From positions 1 to 32,341 of the IMG/VR virus record IMGVR_UViG_3300020460_000038: 32,341 nucleotides of DNA. One strand, 5' to 3'. The notes below the pieces were generated by a model. That model searched no databases. It was not told the DNA's origin and saw only the letters and a list, made by a program, of their open reading frames with translations. Position numbers and translations under genes: made by a program. This DNA comes from a virus. Lineage: Duplodnaviria; Caudoviricetes. Below, one piece after another: positions 26,953 through 32,341 of the stretch (the stretch's first letter is position 1; each line of letters begins with the position of its first letter).

Positions 26953-27734
26953 TAACCCCAAACCTCTTTCCTAGCCTCTAGGACGGCTGTATCACGCCAA
27001 ATCCAGTCATCAGGATTAGGAATAATGCTATTTTTGATATCTTCTTTAGAATTTACTGATTCAAGATACTTACCCATAACAGAAATAATATGCTCACATA
27101 CTTTCATGGGCGTATCATAATCGCTAAGGTTCATAGCCTCAAAATCAGCACCAGTTTTTTTAGATATTAGATACCAAAGTTTCTGCTGTGCATTTGTCCC
27201 TCTATGATAAATAGATTGTTGCATAGCATGAGACATAGATAAGCCACTAGGTTTACGTTTGGTCGTTTTAAGATCAATGTAAAAATCCTCTTTTGTTTGC
27301 TTATCTTCAAAATGAAAGTCTGTGTAACCGATTATAGGAATTCCACTAATCTCTAACTCAACTTTCTTTTGATAGCCGATAAGATTCCATTTGAACCCAA
27401 ACTCTTTGAATGCCCCAATACCTTTTTCAAATAAAGGAATAAGATTATATTCTTCATCGGTAGTCTTAGGGTCATCAAACAATTTACAGTTTGCGTGGTA
27501 CTCATCAAACATTTTGTCTATTGCCTCTTGTTTATCTAAACCATTCAGCCACATATTAAGGCCAGACTCTACAGCCTTGCCCCGTTCTGCCGCCGCAGAT
27601 GATGGGAACTCATAGCCAAATATACGCTTTAAGGCCCAACGATCTCTTTGGAATGCAAACTCGTTGATGTGACTAAAAGATAAGGGCAACAAACTTTTAT
27701 CGCCCTCATCAAATTTTTTGAAATTTTCTATCAT
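26949..27734 (-). CDS. PD-(D/E)XK superfamily exonuclease (RecB/Cas4-like)
   Basis: LSFS.I..F, RG.AVE, IIGYTD, IDLKTT, Q..IY. Confidence 0.88.
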   Translation of the reverse strand: MIENFKKFDEGDKSLLPLSFSHINEFAFQRDRWALKRIFGYEFPSSAAAERGKAVESGLNMWLNGLDKQEAIDKMFDEYHANCKLFDDPKTTDEEYNLIPLFEKGIGAFKEFGFKWNLIGYQKKVELEISGIPIIGYTDFHFEDKQTKEDFYIDLKTTKRKPSGLSMSHAMQQSIYHRGTNAQQKLWYLISKKTGADFEAMNLSDYDTPMKVCEHIISVMGKYLESVNSKEDIKNSIIPNPDDWIWRDTAVLEARKEVWGY

Positions 27735-27991
27735 AACATATCCATGTGGTTTTGAGTTTCGTTGATATCACTATCAAGACTAATAACAATTTCGTTTGCT
27801 TTATCGTAGATATCGCTGTTCTTACCAAATCTCTTTATGTACATTTTTAAAGAATTTTTGGCCAATTGCATAATCTCAATATCTTCTAAATGCTTATCAA
27901 AAGACTGCATTTTAGTGATATCAATACTATTTTCCATCTCGTCTATTTGTTGGTCAGACAAACCTAGTAAAAGTTTATCAGACATAATCAT
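27731..27991 (-). CDS. Hypothetical protein
   Basis: 86-aa helical ORF overlapping both neighbours by 4 nt. Confidence 0.65.
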   Translation of the reverse strand: MIMSDKLLLGLSDQQIDEMENSIDITKMQSFDKHLEDIEIMQLAKNSLKMYIKRFGKNSDIYDKANEIVISLDSDINETQNHMDML

Positions 27992-28191
27992 TGAATAAGA
28001 CTATACTCAGCAAAAGTCTTTCCTTTACGAGTAATGTTTTTAGTTATGATTGCGTTACCCTCTTCTCTTAAATTAAATATTCTTGCACTTAATCTAAAAC
28101 AGCCAAATTTCTCTAAAGCTATAAGTGGGGTTATTGTTTTACCTGATTTTAAGTATTCAAGTATTTGTTGGTTTTGTGTTAGTTTTGGCAT
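27988..28191 (-). CDS. Winged HTH DNA-binding protein (HTH_39-like)
   Basis: Q...ILEYL..G.TITP..AL..FGCFRLSARI..LR..G..I.T...AEYSL; SD AAGGAG. Confidence 0.85.
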   Translation of the reverse strand: MPKLTQNQQILEYLKSGKTITPLIALEKFGCFRLSARIFNLREEGNAIITKNITRKGKTFAEYSLIQ

Positions 28192-28203
28192 TTTGACTCC
28201 TTT

Positions 28204-28560
28204 CTATAAGTTTTTTGCCAGTTCCCTTTCGTTTACAACCTTAGTTCTGAGGTCATCACGAAAGGCCTTAAAGGTCTCGTACTTGATTTTAGAACGATTC
28301 CTTTCTTTAAGAGTAGTTTTATATCTGTCAAACCACTGCTTAAATTTGTTATCAGAATAAATGAGTCCATTTAATTCTGTTGTATTCTTATAACTGCTAT
28401 TTTTACTATGTTCCAGTGTTAATTCTGCAACAAGCATTTTCTCTTCTTTTTTCGCTAGTTCTGCGGCTGTATCATCATCAGCAAACTTTAAACCTAGTTC
28501 CTCTTGTTTTGATGATAAAATATTTGGATTAAAATCTAGTGAATAAATATCAGATTTCAT
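28204..28560 (-). CDS. Helical hypothetical protein (possible recombination mediator)
   Basis: Coiled-coil-like, in the nuclease cluster. Start ATG 28560 or TTG 28575. Confidence 0.6.
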   Translation of the reverse strand: MKSDIYSLDFNPNILSSKQEELGLKFADDDTAAELAKKEEKMLVAELTLEHSKNSSYKNTTELNGLIYSDNKFKQWFDRYKTTLKERNRSKIKYETFKAFRDDLRTKVVNERELAKNL

Positions 28561-28858
28561 AATGTGTATTTTCAAACTCCTTATTTTCTATTTTTTGTTT
28601 TAGTTCTGTTTTAAATTCTTCATTAACTCTTTTGTTACTATGGGCCAACGTATGACAAGGACGGCACACTGGGAATAAATTGTTAGGCACATTGTAAGAA
28701 TTTTTTTTGCTACCACCCATACCTTTGGGGGTTAGATGATGTATTTCAACTGCGGGCCTTTGATAGCAACCCCAACACTGGGGGGTATCCACAATAGATA
28801 ACCCCCAATAGTCGTAAAATATTTTTCGATAATTTTTAGATATTTTTGAGGTTGTCAT
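28550..28858 (-). CDS. HNH endonuclease-like Zn-finger protein
   Basis: CWGC...EIHH...GMGG...NNL.PVCRPCH...H. Confidence 0.88.
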   Translation of the reverse strand: MTTSKISKNYRKIFYDYWGLSIVDTPQCWGCYQRPAVEIHHLTPKGMGGSKKNSYNVPNNLFPVCRPCHTLAHSNKRVNEEFKTELKQKIENKEFENTHYEI

Positions 28859-29279
28859 TAAATGCCTTTACTGCATTCTTTGTCAAATCGCTTATATCTG
28901 AAACACTAAAGTGACCACTACCCATTGATCTACCAACAACACCAGTCACGAAAATATCCATTCTCTGAGTATCGTTTTTATTCATACCATTAGATACAGG
29001 CATCGGTCTTGATGGTTGCTCTGGTACATAACTATCAGTAGGCAAATCATCATCAAGCGTGTGGTTATCAGCAATCTTTACATTTTTTACGTTAGTATAT
29101 GGATTACCTTTGCTAGACGTTTTTACGTTGATTACTGTAAAATCAATCGCATCGCCTGACTTTGGAACTGGGTTTAGTAGTTCCCGACAATATAATCTAC
29201 TACCATCGAGTAATTGTATTGCGTAGTTTGGTTTACCATCTTCGGTATTATCAAAGACTTTATCAACTATATTAGACAT
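28836..29279 (-). CDS. Possible OB-fold ssDNA-binding protein
   Basis: Beta-rich N-domain with PKSGDAIDF and GNPYTNV, linker, C-terminal helices; SD AAGGAG. Function inferred. Confidence 0.5.
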   Translation of the reverse strand: MSNIVDKVFDNTEDGKPNYAIQLLDGSRLYCRELLNPVPKSGDAIDFTVINVKTSSKGNPYTNVKNVKIADNHTLDDDLPTDSYVPEQPSRPMPVSNGMNKNDTQRMDIFVTGVVGRSMGSGHFSVSDISDLTKNAVKAFNDNLKNI

Positions 29280-29297
29280 TGTAGTTTCTCCTTATTA

Positions 29298-29759
29298 TTA
29301 TTTGTTAATTACGTTATAGCCACGACCCTCAAGACAATTGTTGATTAAGTGTTGTCTTGTGTTTAACTGAGGCGATAGCCATAAAAATCTCCAACGAAGA
29401 CTATTATAAACTACTTTAGTTTTATCATAAATACCATTGGTATTGTCTTCAACTAAAGATTTACAAGTATAATAGTCATCGTGGAATCGTTCTGCCGTCC
29501 CCTCAATATTGGCAGAACTTTTGCCTCTGCTATCAACTAGAGGTTTGGTGCTACAACCAGCAAGGAACACAGCACCAAGTATCAGCAAAAGCAAAACTAT
29601 TGATACCCTAAAAAAAGACTTATTAGTAGCTTTATCTTTGGGTAAAATTCTTTTGATACTATACAGGGGAGTCTTTTTTCCATCTGTAGAATATCCAATT
29701 ACTTGCCTACGTTCATAGCCATAGGGAAATAAATTTTTAGATTTTTTAGCTTTTTTCAT
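29298..29759 (-). CDS. Lipoprotein-like membrane protein
   Basis: Hydrophobic helix ending in lipobox LAGC, then D...C and NCLEGRGY.V. Confidence 0.72.
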   Translation of the reverse strand: MKKAKKSKNLFPYGYERRQVIGYSTDGKKTPLYSIKRILPKDKATNKSFFRVSIVLLLLILGAVFLAGCSTKPLVDSRGKSSANIEGTAERFHDDYYTCKSLVEDNTNGIYDKTKVVYNSLRWRFLWLSPQLNTRQHLINNCLEGRGYNVINK

Positions 29760-29935
29760 TTTTTTTCCATTAATTTAATTACATTATCTATTTTTATAAA
29801 AACCCTGTTGCCATCGTTGTCATAAATAGCATGAGAGTTATCAAGATGAGTAATTTTAAAAAGATGTTTGACCTTATCATTTTCAATAACATCAAACTTT
29901 TGTATCTTCTTAAAGAGTCTGTTTAGTTTAGGCAT
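29756..29935 (-). CDS. 59-aa hypothetical protein (absent from the ORF track)
   Basis: SD AAGGAG; MPKLNRLFKKIQKFDVIENDKVKHLFKITHLDNSHAIYDNDGNRVFIKIDNVIKLMEKK; ATGA overlap with the next gene. Confidence 0.78.
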   Translation of the reverse strand: MPKLNRLFKKIQKFDVIENDKVKHLFKITHLDNSHAIYDNDGNRVFIKIDNVIKLMEKK

Positions 29936-30092
29936 TGTTTCTCTCCTTATTTACTTTATCTGTAGCTTTGACAAATAAATTTAAAAATTCTTTTAAATCA
30001 TCATCACTAAAGTTTTTTACATTTACAGAATGTTTTTCTGCAAGTTTTCTTACTTTAGATAAAGTTTTTTTTGACCATTTTGATTTAGGCAT
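29928..30092 (-). CDS. 54-aa hypothetical early protein
   Basis: AAGGAGAATACAATG defines the start at 30092 (MPKSKWSKK...). Confidence 0.72.
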   Translation of the reverse strand: MPKSKWSKKTLSKVRKLAEKHSVNVKNFSDDDLKEFLNLFVKATDKVNKERNNA

Positions 30093-30112
30093 TGTATTCT
30101 CCTTATTATTAT

Positions 30113-30132
30113 GGGGGGCTTTTACACCCCCC
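30113..30132. terminator. G6/C6 intergenic hairpin
   Basis: GGGGGG-CTTTTACA-CCCCCC between two early genes; no U tract in the sense direction. Confidence 0.5.
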
Positions 30133-30138
30133 TGATTG

Positions 30139-30462
30139 TTATTTTCTTTCTCTTTTGTTGTGTTCATTTATTGCAGATGTGCTACCGATATTAAATTCAA
30201 ATAACATATCTTTTTGCATAAAATCTCTTGGGTGTATTTTCGATCTCATATCAATTCTATCTCTAATAGGATTAATAGTTGTTTCTTTAACTATTTCTCC
30301 ATCTAAAAAAAATTGATAGACCTTAGTTCCGTTTTCTTGTGTGAAATATTTAATTTCAGTTTCAAGAAAATTATAACTATGATTTTTAGAGGAACTTATT
30401 TGAATTATATTTTTTTCTTGTCCTCTGATTTCATCGTATTTTATTTTATTTACTTTTTGCAT
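30139..30462 (-). CDS. Hypothetical early protein
   Basis: AAGGAGACTACAATG defines the start at 30462 (MQKVNKIKY...). Confidence 0.72.
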   Translation of the reverse strand: MQKVNKIKYDEIRGQEKNIIQISSSKNHSYNFLETEIKYFTQENGTKVYQFFLDGEIVKETTINPIRDRIDMRSKIHPRDFMQKDMLFEFNIGSTSAINEHNKRERK

Positions 30463-30487
30463 TGTAGTCTCCTTATTATTATTATTA

Positions 30488-31375
30488 TTAATCACTAAAT
30501 AATCCATTAATGTAATTAGTTATATTTTCCATCAAAAGGATTTCTTTAGTCAGTACCCTTAAAACAACTAAATCATTAAAGTTGTATAAGAATTTTTTTG
30601 CATCTTTTAGTGATTCAATACCTTTAGGATAAAAAGGTACTTTCTCATCTTTCCAAGTAGTAAAATAAAACTTAATATTTTTCTTTGTGTAATATTCAAA
30701 ACCAATAACAGATATATCTTCTTTAGCTAAATCAAGTTGCACAATTTCCTCTTTGCAAACAGGAACAGTGCTTTTTGGTTTTTCTATTTGATTAAGTTTG
30801 TAAGGTGCAACATCGTATTTTTCATCAATAAATTGTTTTTTAATTTGAAAATTGATAACAAATTTGTCTCCATTTTCTTTAAAGTTATTTAATTGTGAAG
30901 ATGTACCAAAATAAATAAATCTATTATCTTTAGAATCTTTAAATTTAAAACACCAACTCCCACCCCATTCAGTTGCAAAAGAAAAAGAATCTAACATTTC
31001 TAATTCTAATTCAACAGTATCCCCAACATTACCTACATATTCTCTATGAGAAACAGATTTTAATTTTTTTTCATAATCTAATTTATAAATATGACTGAAA
31101 TAATCTTTAATGTGACTATCTTGTATAGGTAGCCATTTAGGTTTTTGCTCTTGCGACCAAGAATTTCTATTCCAAATACTTACAACCAATTTATGACCAT
31201 CTTCAAAAAACTCAGGGTCAAATTTATTTATTTTATCAGTAGCAATTTTTTGGGCTTTAGATAAATCTTTTGAAAGTTTACAAATGTAAGTTTCTCCATC
31301 ATTCAAAATATAATAAATGTTATCTGCACCTTTAGAGATATGATAACTCGATGGAATATTTTGCATTGTAGTCAT
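30488..31375 (-). CDS. First early gene, with a central OB-fold-like domain
   Basis: EYVGNVGDTVELEL...F.TEWG....FKFKD...NRFIYF...GDKFVI pattern recalled from phage early proteins. Confidence 0.65.
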   Translation of the reverse strand: MTTMQNIPSSYHISKGADNIYYILNDGETYICKLSKDLSKAQKIATDKINKFDPEFFEDGHKLVVSIWNRNSWSQEQKPKWLPIQDSHIKDYFSHIYKLDYEKKLKSVSHREYVGNVGDTVELELEMLDSFSFATEWGGSWCFKFKDSKDNRFIYFGTSSQLNNFKENGDKFVINFQIKKQFIDEKYDVAPYKLNQIEKPKSTVPVCKEEIVQLDLAKEDISVIGFEYYTKKNIKFYFTTWKDEKVPFYPKGIESLKDAKKFLYNFNDLVVLRVLTKEILLMENITNYINGLFSD

Positions 31376-31396
31376 TATTATTATTAATTATTTTTA

Positions 31397-31425
31397 AACC
31401 TACGAAATTTTTTAGGTTTTTACAA
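31397..31425 (-). promoter_or_regulatory. Leftward early sigma70-type promoter with overlapping inverted repeat
   Basis: Minus strand TTGTAA-17 nt-TAGGTT; palindrome AAACCTA-N10-TAGGTTT at 31396-31419. Confidence 0.6.
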
Positions 31426-31633
31426 TAGTTATTTTACATAAAAAAACCCTTGATTCCCAACGATTTTTAAATAAAAATTAAAATAGTTCTTTTTTTAGCT
31501 AGGCATTGTAGCTTTTTGAACTAGGTAATTGACCCATTTTTAATTACCGATTCGGGGGTGGGTTTGCTCTTATGCTTTTTTTCCCCGCCCCCTTATAAAA
31601 AATAATTTACCAAAAAATAATTTTAGGTTTTTG

Positions 31634-31662
31634 TTGAAAATATAAATAAAAAAAACTAAACA
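31634..31662 (+). promoter_or_regulatory. Possible rightward promoter for the replication gene
   Basis: TTGAAA-17 nt-TAAACA (lacks the -7 T). The region is very AT-rich, so chance matches are possible. Confidence 0.35.
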
Positions 31663-31697
31663 TATAAAGTTCAAATTGTTACGAAATGGGAGAAACA

Positions 31698-32341
31698 ATG
31701 TTTATTGACGAAAATTCAAAACCTAAAGAAAAACTAAAAGCGTGGTATTTATTTACCGAAGATTTTATTGCTGGAACTCAGCACATGACCAACCAAGAAA
31801 TAGGCATCTATATTAGATTGCTTTGTTGGAACTGGAATAAAAGATGTAAAGGCATACCAGATGACAAAAGTTTAATTTTTAGAATTGCTGTTGCCTTTGA
31901 AGATCAAGAACAAAAAACTTGCGTTAAAGTATTAGCAGAAAATTTTACATTAGTTGAAAGTAAACACTGGCAGAACGAAAGACAACTACAGGAATATTTA
32001 TATATTCGTAAAAGAATAGATGCGAGTAAATTAAATGGTAAGTTAGGCGGCAGACCAAAAAAACCTAGCGATAACCCCCCTACCCCTACCTCTACCTCTA
32101 CCAATACATCTACTAATAAATACTCTCCTATTTTTAATAAATTCTGGGATAGGGTTACAAATAAAGTTAGTAAAGGTACAGCAGAGAGAAACTTTAAGAA
32201 GATTGAGCAAGAGTGGCGAGACCAGCCCGAAAAATTAGCAGATATGTATAATTCTTATTATGATTCGGTTAAGGACAAAGAATTTGCTAAACAGCCCGCA
32301 TTCTGGCTATCAGCAAAAAAGTATTTAGATGTTATGCCTAA
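31698..32341 (+). CDS. DUF1376/YdaU-like replication initiator, N-terminal part (about 283 aa when circularised)
   Basis: SD GGGAG; DFIAGTQHMTNQEIGIYIRLLCWNW, W.NER, NGKLGGRPKK, PTPTSTST linker, F.KFW....KVSKG.A, QPAFWL. Confidence 0.85.
   Translation, partial: MFIDENSKPKEKLKAWYLFTEDFIAGTQHMTNQEIGIYIRLLCWNWNKRCKGIPDDKSLIFRIAVAFEDQEQKTCVKVLAENFTLVESKHWQNERQLQEYLYIRKRIDASKLNGKLGGRPKKPSDNPPTPTSTSTNTSTNKYSPIFNKFWDRVTNKVSKGTAERNFKKIEQEWRDQPEKLADMYNSYYDSVKDKEFAKQPAFWLSAKKYLDVMP
32068..32114 (+). repeat. Degenerate 6-nt tandem repeat encoding a Pro/Thr/Ser linker
   Basis: CCTACC CCTACC TCTACC TCTACC AATACA TCTACT within the initiator ORF. Confidence 0.7.
32257..32341. repeat. Right copy of terminal direct repeat / circularisation overlap
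   Basis: Matches 1-85 apart from 3 nt near the end. Confidence 0.95.

Noticed and set aside
290-31375. Alternative genetic code or stop-codon reassignment
   Set aside because: Genes tile densely under the standard code, and TAA, TAG and TGA all act as stops coupled to downstream starts.
29277-31390. CRISPR-like array from the repeated early motif, given the Cas4-like nuclease
   Set aside because: The repeats are short, degenerate RBS/start sequences separated by whole genes. The nuclease lacks the Cas4 Fe-S cysteines.
31484-31592. tRNA or attP site
   Set aside because: No cloverleaf, T-loop or CCA pattern, and no integrase in the genome.
2295-32104. Many 60-120 aa track ORFs antisense or out of frame to longer genes (e.g. 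2362-2565, 3645-3899, 5259-5528, 9175-9501, 12021-12290, 17824-18180, 23662-24050, 23772-24032, 28034-28360, 31904-32104)
   Set aside because: They lie largely or wholly within well-supported genes, lack SDs or recognisable motifs, and reflect shadow frames or low-complexity codon use.
32257-32341. Biological fixed direct terminal repeat
   Set aside because: It falls mid-gene, has k-mer-like length and mismatched ends; more likely an assembly overlap.

Overview
An apparently complete, circularly permuted ~32.3 kb genome of an AT-rich tailed dsDNA phage (siphovirus-like). The first 85 nt are repeated at the end (32257-32341; 76 nt exact, then 3 mismatches), and a DUF1376/YdaU-like replication-initiator ORF reads through the junction. 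The plus strand carries terS, an inserted oxygenase/JmjC/MT-A70 trio, terL, portal, small basic proteins, minor head protein, scaffold, major capsid, neck, tail tube, a -1 frameshifted tail chaperone, tape measure, tail tip and fibres. Then come an inverted cassette of four 2OG-Fe(II) oxygenases and a sulfotransferase, a block of exported/membrane proteins, lysozyme, holin and a string of Lys/Arg-rich microproteins. The minus strand (26949-31375) is an early/recombination module: PD-(D/E)XK nuclease, wHTH, HNH, OB-fold proteins and a lipoprotein. I saw no integrase, polymerase, tRNA or CRISPR. A low-GC marine alphaproteobacterial (SAR11-like) host is inferred only from composition and gene repertoire. 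The most notable signals are six oxygenases with a sulfotransferase, GNAT and methyltransferase next to virion genes; a duplicated TM-coiled-coil/small-Cys protein pair within an unexplained envelope module beside the lysis genes; codon-level avoidance of GAAGC, GCWGC and GGTGA; probable leaderless module promoters; and repeated start-associated sequences in the early region. All family assignments are from motif recognition by eye, not database searches.
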